The notes under the pieces: model-generated
What the model was told of the DNA's origin: nothing
Database searches by the model: none
Seen by the model: the letters and a program-made list of their open reading frames with translations, nothing else
Program-made: the position numbers and the translations under genes
Part shown: piece after piece, positions 1 through 8,977 of the stretch
Numbering within the stretch: the stretch's first letter is position 1
Layout of the letters: each line of letters opens with the position of its first letter
From: a virus
IMG/VR virus record: IMGVR_UViG_3300032287_003622
Span: 32,001 to 96,000 of that record
Reading direction: 5' to 3' (one strand)
Length of the DNA stretch: 64,000 bases

Positions 1-35
1 ATGGCATAGTATTTGTCAAGGGACCTGATGGCAAC

Positions 36-1127
36 ATGTACCTGGCCACTGCGGTCAGTTATGTCAGTGGCGGTGTGCAACAAAAAGCCATTTATCTCAG
101 CAAACTGGGTGCTACTGTTGCTTCAGCACCGGCTACGGCCACGCTAATCAAACAGACCTGGCCTTGGATGAGCGACGGACAGATCAACACTGTGTTGGCA
201 CAAAGTTCGACCACATGGTTTGGCATGAATGTGTTGGATCCAGAACGTGCATTCCAGCCCATTGGCAACTTAGGCTTGCCCTTGGCCACTGGCGGGCTGG
301 CGCCCATACGTGGTTATATCACCGGCTTGGACATCGGTGACGGAGCAGCCGTGGTCACCGACAGCCTTGGACGTGCATTCGCTATCAATATCAAGCCCAT
401 GAACATTAACACCATGAATGCGTTTGGATACAATACCGAACACAATGATCAATATGAACTGACCAGTCATGCCGAATACCTGGTCAACGGCGGTTTGACC
501 ACCGTGGGCAATCTGCGCATTGGCAGTGATTTTGCCGGACGTGACAACACAGGCATGGGTCTAAACCGGCCCCGACAATACACCGTAGGCGTGCCAAGAT
601 GGTATTCAAAAGGCAACTGGAGTTTAGGCACACAATACACCTATCTCAACAGCAATCCTTGGATGGCCTTTGGTGGAGCCTGGGGCGAGATAAATGGATC
701 GGGCATCATGGACAATGTTGTGACCTATCGCAATCGCGGATTCAGCACACAGGCCAGTCTCATGCACGTGACCACCAACATACAACCGGGGTTAATTACC
801 CGAGTCAACAACATGTGGGGAGCCTGGGCTGAAACCGGATACAGATTTGGTCACGCTCGACGAGAGGGCGATTTTGGTTTATACGCTGGTCTAAAACCGG
901 TGGTGTTGTCAGGGTCAGTTGAAGCCAAAATGCCCACAGCCGTTGACACCACTGGCAATATAGTTTACACTAGCAAGACATTGGCCATACAGAATCAGAC
1001 CACCGGATACATTCGCGCACTATACACCAATCAGCTGGATCGTAGGACACAGTTGAGATTGAGTGCTGTCAGCACTAGTTCTGGTCAGTATCGAGCCATG
1101 ACCGAACTCAAATTTTGGATAGACTAA
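36..1127 (+). CDS. 5'-truncated protein; degenerate subtilase-like C-terminal segment followed by a probable beta-strand-rich (beta-barrel-like) domain
   Basis: Frame is open to the window start. ATLIKQTWPWM...I...L...G..VLD...A.QP.G resembles the end of S8 peptidases, but the catalytic GTSMA motif is not evident. The rest is rich in G/aromatic beta-strands. Confidence 0.45.
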   Translation: MYLATAVSYVSGGVQQKAIYLSKLGATVASAPATATLIKQTWPWMSDGQINTVLAQSSTTWFGMNVLDPERAFQPIGNLGLPLATGGLAPIRGYITGLDIGDGAAVVTDSLGRAFAINIKPMNINTMNAFGYNTEHNDQYELTSHAEYLVNGGLTTVGNLRIGSDFAGRDNTGMGLNRPRQYTVGVPRWYSKGNWSLGTQYTYLNSNPWMAFGGAWGEINGSGIMDNVVTYRNRGFSTQASLMHVTTNIQPGLITRVNNMWGAWAETGYRFGHARREGDFGLYAGLKPVVLSGSVEAKMPTAVDTTGNIVYTSKTLAIQNQTTGYIRALYTNQLDRRTQLRLSAVSTSSGQYRAMTELKFWID

Positions 1128-1128
1128 T

Positions 1129-1500
1129 ATGACACTAACTGAAGCACAACAAGCAGGGATAGCACCCTGGGACAACGAAATAGACAATAGAAGCCGGGTC
1201 GTAGTCTATTTGGACAAATATCCATGCACTCCTGGACATAGGCTATATGTGCCCAAGGACAACGACAATGCCAACTGGACAGTGCGTGCCTTTGAAGAAG
1301 CCCTGGTAGATGGTATACACATGGTCAATCAAGGAGAATGTGATGGGTTCAATATTGGTTTCAACTATGGCCAGGATGCTGGTCAAACTGTGATGTATCC
1401 GCATGTGCATCTCATACCACGTAGAAAGGGAGATGTGGAGGATCCTGTGGGAGGTGTTCGCAATACTATTCCAGGCAAAGGCAATTATCGAAAGTGCTAA
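1129..1500 (+). CDS. HIT family nucleotide hydrolase
   Basis: Motifs DKYP.TPGH.L.VPK, GFNIG.N.G..AGQTV and histidine-triad-like PHVHLIPR. Confidence 0.9.
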   Translation: MTLTEAQQAGIAPWDNEIDNRSRVVVYLDKYPCTPGHRLYVPKDNDNANWTVRAFEEALVDGIHMVNQGECDGFNIGFNYGQDAGQTVMYPHVHLIPRRKGDVEDPVGGVRNTIPGKGNYRKC

Positions 1501-1701
1501 CACAAAACGCAGATGCAATGAAAATAAATGGAAGAAGCCTGGCAACAATATCGTTCATTGAGTGAAATGATTGTCAGATTGTCAGATTGCCCGATCAACA
1601 ATTGAGCGCACTGAAGCAACACCATAGAAATTGGTTAGCCATAAAAAATCCACTGTAAATATCATCAACTAAATATTTTTTTCAAGAGAGACCAAAAAAA
1701 A

Positions 1702-1923
1702 ATGAACCAGGAAAGAACCATTGAACTCACATTAAAAAATGATCAAGTAGTGACTTTGCAATTCACGTCCATTGGACCCACTGGTCATCAGTTGTGGCAA
1801 ATGTTTGCTACCTCTGAATCATTGGACACAGTGCAACAGCTCATGAACATGCCTTTAGAATCAAACGACAATTCTAAAAAAACTGGGTTGATTACCAAAA
1901 TGATCACCCGCAAGAAAAAATAA
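1702..1923 (+). CDS. hypothetical protein
   Basis: 73-aa ORF preceded by a TAAATA motif and GAGA. Confidence 0.5.
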   Translation: MNQERTIELTLKNDQVVTLQFTSIGPTGHQLWQMFATSESLDTVQQLMNMPLESNDNSKKTGLITKMITRKKK

Positions 1924-1927
1924 ATCC

Positions 1928-1994
1928 AGCGGTCTTCTTCGGCGTCATCCCGCTTTACAAACTCTGCCGCCTATGCTATAATCTAACATAGGAG
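1928..1994 (+). promoter_or_regulatory. candidate preQ1-I-like riboswitch/pseudoknot with RBS-sequestering hairpin upstream of queD
   Basis: AGCGG(1928-32)/CCGCT(1950-54) stem; loop ends CAUC; followed by UUACAAA. Loop CGGCG can pair with GCCGCC(1966-71). CCTATG(1970-75)/CATAGG(1987-92) covers the AGGAG SD. Confidence 0.55.
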
Positions 1995-2001
1995 ATTCAA
2001 C

Positions 2002-2526
2002 ATGGCAACTTACGTATCGACAAAAACATATGGCACGGACCGCGGCCTGAGCTGTTGCTTTCGGCAATGGCGCAGCACTCACAGTCATTGCAGTTTGCTA
2101 CACGGCTACTCAATCGGCATCAAATTAATCTTTGAAAGTGAGACCTTGGATGATCGCAATTGGGTCATGGACTTTGGTGGGCTCAAGGCCTTCAAAGAGT
2201 GGGCCGAATGGCAGTTTGATCACACCACTTGCGTGGCCGAAGATGATCCACATCTGGACCTGTTTTTGGAAATGGCCAGACTGGGCCCTTATGACAAAGG
2301 TGGCGTGATTGATCTACGCATCGTTGAAGCAGTGGGTTGTGAAAAGTTCGCCGAACTGGTTTACCGAACCATGGATCATATACTAAAGGCCTATCAGGCA
2401 GGTGGTGAATGGACACATCCAGATGGACGCACATTTTCGGCACGTTATCCAGTGGGTCAAGGTGTGCGCCTACGCAGTGCAGAAGTGTTTGAGCACGCAG
2501 GCAATTCGGCCATCTACGAAGGCTAG
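2002..2526 (+). CDS. queD: 6-carboxy-5,6,7,8-tetrahydropterin synthase (QueD/PTPS family)
   Basis: Motifs C..LHGYS, WVMDFGGLK, FDHT, EKFAE and C-terminal V.VFEH..NSA.Y. Confidence 0.9.
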   Translation: MATYVSTKTYGTDRGLSCCFRQWRSTHSHCSLLHGYSIGIKLIFESETLDDRNWVMDFGGLKAFKEWAEWQFDHTTCVAEDDPHLDLFLEMARLGPYDKGGVIDLRIVEAVGCEKFAELVYRTMDHILKAYQAGGEWTHPDGRTFSARYPVGQGVRLRSAEVFEHAGNSAIYEG

Positions 2527-2552
2527 TATTTGTTGACTGGATAAACGGCATA

Positions 2553-2560
2553 TATAAATA
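2553..2560 (+). promoter_or_regulatory. T4-type late promoter motif TATAAATA
   Basis: Exact TATAAATA 8 nt upstream of the ATG at 2569. Confidence 0.5.
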
Positions 2561-2568
2561 TTCGTTCA

Positions 2569-3438
2569 ATGACAAATGAATATTCCATAGCGGTATTGTT
2601 GCCTACACGTAGTAGGACCACCGCGCTCACTGACAGTGTGACCAGTATAATTAATTTGGCCGCGGATGTGGCACATTTACAACTGCTTTTTGGTTTTGAT
2701 AACGACGACTCCGTGGGCCTAGACCATTTTGAAAAAGTCATACAGCCGTTCCTGGACGAACATGATGTAAGTTACGAAGCCCAAGCCTTTGACAGTTTGG
2801 GATATGCCGGACTAAATCTTTATTACAATCATCTCGGAAAAAGTGCGTCGACGGATTGGTTATTTGTTTGGAATGACGATGCGATCATGCAAACGCAGGA
2901 TTGGGATAAGGTTATAGAATCTTACACCGGACAGTTTAAACTACTGAAAGTTCACACCCACAACGAACACCCATACAGTATTTTTCCCATAGTTCCGCGA
3001 GCTTGGTATGATCTGTTTGGTCACTTTAGTCGGCACCAGATGATCGATGCTGAAATGAGTCAAATGGCCTTTATGTTAGACCTCATGCAAATTGTAGACA
3101 TTGACGTGGTTCACAATCAGGTAGAATTGACCAAAGATGCATCTGATCCTCTCAAACCTAAGATGAGATTTGAAGGCAATCCCAACAATCCTTATGACTT
3201 TCATAATCCTTCTGTTACTCAAAGAAGGATCCAGGACTGTGACATTATCGCAAATTACATGAAATCTAATAACCTGGATACCACATGGTGGGACAATGTC
3301 AAGGCTGGAACTCAATATCCCTGGACACGCATGGAGGCACTTGATATAAACAATCAGATGAGACAGTTCGAACTCAAAGCCGATTCGGCTGGCCGTGTGG
3401 TAGAAATCAATCCTAGCAAACGTCACGATGCCAAATAA
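2569..3438 (+). CDS. GT-A fold glycosyltransferase (GT2-like)
   Basis: N-terminal IAVLLPTRSR, FDNDD, WLFVWNDD (DxD-like); first gene of a sugar operon. Confidence 0.75.
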   Translation: MTNEYSIAVLLPTRSRTTALTDSVTSIINLAADVAHLQLLFGFDNDDSVGLDHFEKVIQPFLDEHDVSYEAQAFDSLGYAGLNLYYNHLGKSASTDWLFVWNDDAIMQTQDWDKVIESYTGQFKLLKVHTHNEHPYSIFPIVPRAWYDLFGHFSRHQMIDAEMSQMAFMLDLMQIVDIDVVHNQVELTKDASDPLKPKMRFEGNPNNPYDFHNPSVTQRRIQDCDIIANYMKSNNLDTTWWDNVKAGTQYPWTRMEALDINNQMRQFELKADSAGRVVEINPSKRHDAK

Positions 3439-4666
3439 TCAAATAAACCACAGCCAACTGATTGATCATTGCAAGATCACCAAGCAACCAGTGACAAAAA
3501 TTCTTGACTTTGGTCAGCATGCTTATGCTGACACATTTATCAAATCTGATCAACTGAATCTCAGTGAACCTATTTTTCCATTACAGGTATATTTGAATCC
3601 CAAAAGTGGTAGTATTCAATTAGGTTATGTGAGTCAGGCAGAAGATCGTTATAATCTTTACAGTTATAGTTATACTTCAAGCAACAGCGCCACGGCACGA
3701 GCACACTGGGACGAATACAGCCGCACCGTTCAAACCCCTCCGTGGCAACGTCCTGCCATGGCCGTGGAAATTGGCAGCAACGATGGATACTTGATTGAAC
3801 AATTTGGCCGACTTGGTCGTAGAATCTTGGGCATTGACAGCTCCAAGTCCATGTGCGACCTGGCGCGATCTCGTGGCGTGCCAACTATTAATGCCTTGTT
3901 CGATAAGGAAGTGGCCCAGCGTGTGATCAACGAACATGGTCATGCAGACATAATCATGGCCAACAATGTATTCAACCACGCCAATGATCCAGTCACATTT
4001 GCTAGAGCTGTGGCCACCTTGCTGGCCGACGATGGTGTATTTGTGTTTGAAGTGCCTTATTGGCTCAGCATGATCGAAAGCGGTCGTTTCACTGACATGG
4101 TGTATCACGAACATCCTACTTACTTCACAGTCAAAATGGCATGGAACGTGCTAAAGGCAGCTGGATTAGAAATTGTTGACTTTGATGTGGTAGATTATCA
4201 TGGCGGAAGCCTGCGAGTATTTGCGAGGCGCGACACTGGAGGTGCAGTGCCTGTCAAAGTAGAAGATGCTGTTACACGTGAAACACAGATAGGTTTATTT
4301 GATCCACGTTTCTACGAAGTGGTGCAACGCAGATTTGAACAACAGCGAGACGCTTGGTTGCAAGAATTTTATCGGTTACGCCTGGCCGAGCCCGATGCTG
4401 TGTTTATAGGAGTGGGTGCTGCTGCCAAGGCCAATACTTGGCTGACCTGGCATGGACTCAACAAAACGCATCTCAAGTATATCACAGATGCCAGTGAGTT
4501 TAAACAAGGCAAATACACACCACTGAGTCGTATTCCCATAGCCAGCGACAACATATTTGCTCAGTATGATCGGCCCTATGCCTTGATACTGAGTTGGAAC
4601 ATTGGCGACGGCCTGCGCCGAGCCATTTTAGACATTAATCCCAACACAAGGTTCTTATCGCAATGA
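3428..4666 (+). CDS. NDP-hexose C-methyltransferase
   Basis: Motifs EIGSNDG, ANNVFNH, YHEH, HGGSLR, GAAAKANT and C-terminal KQGKYTP...ILSWN. Confidence 0.88.
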   Translation: MPNNQINHSQLIDHCKITKQPVTKILDFGQHAYADTFIKSDQLNLSEPIFPLQVYLNPKSGSIQLGYVSQAEDRYNLYSYSYTSSNSATARAHWDEYSRTVQTPPWQRPAMAVEIGSNDGYLIEQFGRLGRRILGIDSSKSMCDLARSRGVPTINALFDKEVAQRVINEHGHADIIMANNVFNHANDPVTFARAVATLLADDGVFVFEVPYWLSMIESGRFTDMVYHEHPTYFTVKMAWNVLKAAGLEIVDFDVVDYHGGSLRVFARRDTGGAVPVKVEDAVTRETQIGLFDPRFYEVVQRRFEQQRDAWLQEFYRLRLAEPDAVFIGVGAAAKANTWLTWHGLNKTHLKYITDASEFKQGKYTPLSRIPIASDNIFAQYDRPYALILSWNIGDGLRRAILDINPNTRFLSQ

Positions 4667-5067
4667 AATACTACAACATCAACAAAAACATCGAAAAAGG
4701 TCTAGGTCAGTTCACTGATGAGCGTGGCTCTATCACCGACATTTTTTATGGCAAAGTCATGAATCATGGATGTATCATCACCAATGCGCCTGGTGCTGTG
4801 CGTGGCAATCACTATCACAAGCTGACCACACAATACACCTTGGTATTGAATGGCACGCTGAACTATTATAGCAAACCTGTGGACAGCACTGAACCAGCAC
4901 ACTTGTTTGTGGCCGGACATGGCGACATGATCATCAGCGAACCCATGGAAATACATGCCATGAAAACTGGCGAACATGGTTGCACATTCCTGGCATTTGC
5001 CGAAGGTCCTCGTGGCGGCGAAGATTATGAGTCTGATACCTATCGAGTAGACAGCATAGTCAAGTAA
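4663..5067 (+). CDS. cupin, sugar 3,4-ketoisomerase/epimerase-like
   Basis: DERG, RGNHYH and EIHAM cupin motifs. Confidence 0.75.
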   Translation: MKYYNINKNIEKGLGQFTDERGSITDIFYGKVMNHGCIITNAPGAVRGNHYHKLTTQYTLVLNGTLNYYSKPVDSTEPAHLFVAGHGDMIISEPMEIHAMKTGEHGCTFLAFAEGPRGGEDYESDTYRVDSIVK

Positions 5068-5678
5068 TGAGAAAACCACGTGCCGTAATTTTTGGAGCCA
5101 AAGGCGGAATAGGTGCTGCTGCTAGGCAGATGTTTTTGGATCAGGGTTGGCAGACGATTCCCATTGACAGCGGCCAACTTGACTTTGATCGACCCGACAG
5201 CTATCAAAAACTACAAGAGCTTTTGGACAATGCCGAAGCAGATGTCATTGTCAATTCCGTCGGAGTGTTCCAAAATGGCTACAGCAATGATCATCAAACT
5301 ACGATGAACGTAAATTTTGGTAGCAATTGGCATATCATTAGATATTTGGAAACACATAGAGCTATGTCTGTGACAGTGATAATGTTAGGAAGCAGCAGCT
5401 ACACCAGGGGTAGAAAACTGTATCCACTCTACAGTGCCAGCAAAGCAGCCCTGTTTAACCTGTGGCAGAGCGCCCGAGATCAATTCGTAGATACCAATAT
5501 ACGCATTCACTTATTGAATCCGGTGCGCACACTGACCCCTATGGCTACCGCTGGTAAACCAGCTGATCCAGATTTGGACTATCTTGAACCTCGACAGGTC
5601 GCTGTAGAGATTTTTAGGCTATCGGATCCAAGTTGCGTAAGTAGTTGCGTAGATATGACTTTTGAGGACACTAAATGA
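5067..5678 (+). CDS. short-chain dehydrogenase/reductase
   Basis: GAKGGIG Rossmann motif, YSASK catalytic motif, NPVRT.T.M. Confidence 0.85.
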   Translation: MRKPRAVIFGAKGGIGAAARQMFLDQGWQTIPIDSGQLDFDRPDSYQKLQELLDNAEADVIVNSVGVFQNGYSNDHQTTMNVNFGSNWHIIRYLETHRAMSVTVIMLGSSSYTRGRKLYPLYSASKAALFNLWQSARDQFVDTNIRIHLLNPVRTLTPMATAGKPADPDLDYLEPRQVAVEIFRLSDPSCVSSCVDMTFEDTK

Positions 5679-6451
5679 AAATAGGAATAATTGGAAAAGG
5701 CACTGTTGGATCTGCTGTGTTTGAAGGTTTGGAATATCTTGGTCATACCATGAGTTTCTTTGATCCCAAGCATGAAGGATCTAAAATGGATCATGTGTTG
5801 GACACCGACGTGGTGTTTATCAGTGTGCCCACAGACCAAGCACCCAATGGTGACTGTGACACCAGCATTGTAGACAATGTAGTGGCCGAATTGGCAGTCA
5901 ACAATTATAAAGGACTGGTATCGATCAAAAGTACCGTGATTCCAGGAACCACTGATAGACTACAAAAACAGTATCCGACTCTACGTATGAGCATGGTGCC
6001 AGAATTCCTGCGTGCCAAGAGTGCCTTGGCCGACTTTGTTTACAATCATGACCTACTGGTGGTAGGTTGCTACAACAAGAAAGATGCCGACATCATAGTA
6101 GAACTACACGGCAGTTTCCCACAACATGTGAGTCGTGTGACTCCAGTCGAAGCTGAAGTAATAAAATATTTCAACAATGTGCATCATGCCATGAGCGTGA
6201 CCTTTGCCAACATTGCCTATGATGTGTGTGGCAAGCTGGGTGCTAACTATATGAATGTTTACAAGGCCATTGTCAAACGTGAATGTTTCAATCCTGCCTA
6301 TTTGATGGCCAACAAAAACATGCGTGGTTACGGCGGACACTGCCTGCCCAAGGACACCGCGGCCTGGAATAATTTGATTAAAAAATTGGATCTACCATAC
6401 AACATGATCCAAAGTGTAATAGACGACAACGAAAAGGTTCTCAAACAATGA
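5675..6451 (+). CDS. UDP-glucose/GDP-mannose dehydrogenase family protein (short form lacking the C-terminal domain)
   Basis: Motifs GKGTVG, IKSTVIPGT, PEFLR and GYGGHCLPKD. Confidence 0.85.
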   Translation: MKIGIIGKGTVGSAVFEGLEYLGHTMSFFDPKHEGSKMDHVLDTDVVFISVPTDQAPNGDCDTSIVDNVVAELAVNNYKGLVSIKSTVIPGTTDRLQKQYPTLRMSMVPEFLRAKSALADFVYNHDLLVVGCYNKKDADIIVELHGSFPQHVSRVTPVEAEVIKYFNNVHHAMSVTFANIAYDVCGKLGANYMNVYKAIVKRECFNPAYLMANKNMRGYGGHCLPKDTAAWNNLIKKLDLPYNMIQSVIDDNEKVLKQ

Positions 6452-7350
6452 AGATACTAGTGACCGGTGCCAGCGGCTTGTTGGGCACAGAAATTTGCCG
6501 ACAACTCAAGCAAGAGGAAGGCATAGAAGTATGGGCCGTGGACAATCACAGCCGTAGTTCCACAGTGCCCGACTGTGACAAGTTCTTGGAATTAGATTTG
6601 ACCAACGGTGCTAATTTTGCACAGTTGCCCACGGACTTTGATTATATCTATCATTATGCAGCCATCAACGGCACCAAGAATTTTTATGACCGTCCCAATC
6701 AAGTCATGTGGACCAATATGTGTGCTGATTTTAACATGTTTGAATTTGCTATGTTATGCGGAAAAAATTTACAAAAGTTTGTGTATGCATCTAGCAGTGA
6801 AGTGGTTTCAGATGACCCACAGACACCGGTCAAAGAAAACACAGACATTGTTATAAAAAATATACACAATGCTCGTTGGAGTTACCGATTGCCAAAAATT
6901 TGTAGTGAAAATTTCTTGGTCAACAGCAAGATACCTTATGTGATGTTTCGTTACTTCAACGTATATGGTGACAACTCAAAGGCCGGGCACTTTCTGGCCG
7001 ATCAAATCGCCAAGATTAAATCTGGAGTATTTGACGTTGTTGGACCCGAGGAAACACGCAGTTTTTGCCATGTGGAAGATGCTGTGCGAGCCAGCATACA
7101 TGTTAGTCGTGCGGTGAAAAATGAATTGGTGAACATCGGCAACGATAGAGAAATCACTGTCATGGAGGCTGCACAAACCATTGCCCGTGCCATGGGACAT
7201 ACCGATGCGGTCTGGATCACCACGCCCGGCAAGGCCGGAAGCACTGCTACACGCAGGCCCGATATCTCCAAACTAAAAAGTGTTTTAAAAGACTATCGTC
7301 CCAGGACTTTTGAGCAAGGTGTCCAAGAAATCATTGACAAAATGAAGTGA
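6448..7350 (+). CDS. NAD-dependent sugar epimerase/dehydratase
   Basis: Motifs TGASGLLG, YASSSEV, Y...K, RYFNVYG, TRSFCHV.D. Confidence 0.88.
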   Translation: MKILVTGASGLLGTEICRQLKQEEGIEVWAVDNHSRSSTVPDCDKFLELDLTNGANFAQLPTDFDYIYHYAAINGTKNFYDRPNQVMWTNMCADFNMFEFAMLCGKNLQKFVYASSSEVVSDDPQTPVKENTDIVIKNIHNARWSYRLPKICSENFLVNSKIPYVMFRYFNVYGDNSKAGHFLADQIAKIKSGVFDVVGPEETRSFCHVEDAVRASIHVSRAVKNELVNIGNDREITVMEAAQTIARAMGHTDAVWITTPGKAGSTATRRPDISKLKSVLKDYRPRTFEQGVQEIIDKMK

Positions 7351-7362
7351 TTGCCGTATAAT
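7334..7362 (+). promoter_or_regulatory. sigma70 promoter (likely leaderless transcript)
   Basis: TTGACA-17 nt-TATAAT; ATG only 5 nt downstream and no SD. Confidence 0.75.
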
Positions 7363-7367
7363 AAAGT

Positions 7368-7904
7368 ATGAAAAAAATCTATCATACTTGGCAAGACGTA
7401 GAAAGCCAGACACAAGAAATTCTACGACAGATGCATTTAGATGCCTGGCGCCCGGACTATGTGGTTGGACTCACCCGCGGTGGCCTGGTTCCGGCCAATT
7501 TGATCAGCCAATATCTTGGTTGTAGGATGGAAACACTCAAAGTCAGCCTGCGTGACGGTAGCCAACAAGAAACCAACTGTTGGATGGCCGAGGATGCGTT
7601 TGGTTATGGCGGTGACGACGGTTATCCAACCGACTCCCTGAAAAAAAATATCCTGATCGTGGATGACATCAACGATTCGGGTGCTACGTTAAACTGGATC
7701 AGGCAAGATTGGATGGGCAGTTGTTTCAGCACCAGTCCAGTGTGGGATCACATCTGGGGTCACAATGTGCGTGTGGCAGTGCTGGTTGATAACGAATCAA
7801 GCAAGAATGAAATTCCTGTCAGTTACAGTGCAGTTGATCTAAATAAAGCTGAAGAAGATTGTTGGATTGTTTTTCCTTGGGAATCATGGTGGCAATCTAA
7901 ATAA
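7368..7904 (+). CDS. purine phosphoribosyltransferase (Gpt-like)
   Basis: Motifs GLTRGGLVPA, PRPP-binding ILIVDDINDSGAT and WIVFPWE. Confidence 0.85.
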   Translation: MKKIYHTWQDVESQTQEILRQMHLDAWRPDYVVGLTRGGLVPANLISQYLGCRMETLKVSLRDGSQQETNCWMAEDAFGYGGDDGYPTDSLKKNILIVDDINDSGATLNWIRQDWMGSCFSTSPVWDHIWGHNVRVAVLVDNESSKNEIPVSYSAVDLNKAEEDCWIVFPWESWWQSK

Positions 7905-7908
7905 ACAT

Positions 7909-8106
7909 ATGAAAATAAAATATCGTAAACCCACATTAGTTGAACAGATGAACGAGGCCATAGACACGGCTAAACAACCCATAGATTATTTTGAACTCTC
8001 GCAAGCCGAATTTCAATCAGTGTTTAATAACTTAGATAAAACCAATTCAAAAAATACAGTTGCATATTCATACAAGGGTATTACCATAAAGGTCTCCAAT
8101 GAGTAA
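7909..8106 (+). CDS. hypothetical protein
   Basis: ORF coupled between the PRTase gene and queE. Confidence 0.55.
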   Translation: MKIKYRKPTLVEQMNEAIDTAKQPIDYFELSQAEFQSVFNNLDKTNSKNTVAYSYKGITIKVSNE

Positions 8107-8977
8107 AATAAAAGTTTCGGAAGTTTTTTATAGTTTACAAGGCGAAGGTCGGTTTGTAGGTGTGCCAAGTGTGTTCTTGAGAACATATGGTTGCAACTTT
8201 ACCTGTGCAGGGTTTGGCTGTAAACCCGGCGAAAAAAGCACAGGTGCCGACGAAGTAGCCAAGATTGTTGAGCAGTTTGACAGCTTTGAACGCTTGCCCT
8301 TGGTAGAAACCGGTTGCGATAGTTATGCATCGTGGCATCCGGCATTCAAACATCTCAGTCCCAATTACACCACTGAAGAATTAGTGGACAAGATGTTGGC
8401 ACTCACACCCAACAACGCTTGGGTGCAGAACAATGGCAACGACGTGCATCTCGTGATCACCGGCGGCGAACCTTTGTTGGGCTGGCAACGTGCCTATGGA
8501 GAATTGCTGGGCCACGAACGCATGCAAGATCTGCGTAACATCACTTTTGAAACCAATGGCACACAAGAACTACACAAGGACTTCCGTCACTTTTTACTAG
8601 ACTGGACCTTGAATCCAAAATTTGGAAAACGTGGTAAAGCAACACTTACATTCAGTGTCAGTGCCAAGTTGAGTGCGTCGGGCGAAAAGTGGGAAGATGC
8701 CATATGTCCCGACATCGTGATAAGCTATGCAGAGATTGGACATACATATTTGAAGTTTGTTGTAGAGACTGACGCTCACATCGAGGAGGCCATACGTGCA
8801 ACAGATGAATATCGGCGAGCAGGATTTAAAGGTGTAATTTATTTGATGCCACAAGGTGGTGTAGTCCAGCCTTACGATAGAAACAAACTGAGAATCGCAG
8901 ACATCTGTGTGGAGCAAGGTTGGAACTACAGTCCTAGATTGCATGTAGATTTATGGGGTAACGGATGGGGCAAATGA
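8099..8977 (+). CDS. queE: 7-carboxy-7-deazaguanine synthase (radical SAM)
   Basis: Motifs EVFYSLQGEG...GVPSVFLRT.GCNFTC, CDS, ITGGEPLL, ETNGT and SPRLHV.LWG. Confidence 0.9.
   Translation: MSKIKVSEVFYSLQGEGRFVGVPSVFLRTYGCNFTCAGFGCKPGEKSTGADEVAKIVEQFDSFERLPLVETGCDSYASWHPAFKHLSPNYTTEELVDKMLALTPNNAWVQNNGNDVHLVITGGEPLLGWQRAYGELLGHERMQDLRNITFETNGTQELHKDFRHFLLDWTLNPKFGKRGKATLTFSVSAKLSASGEKWEDAICPDIVISYAEIGHTYLKFVVETDAHIEEAIRATDEYRRAGFKGVIYLMPQGGVVQPYDRNKLRIADICVEQGWNYSPRLHVDLWGNGWGK

Noticed and set aside
5675-6451. Pseudogene call for the short nucleotide-sugar dehydrogenase
   Set aside because: The catalytic GGHCLPKD motif is intact and the stop is ATGA-coupled to the next gene, consistent with a natural short form.
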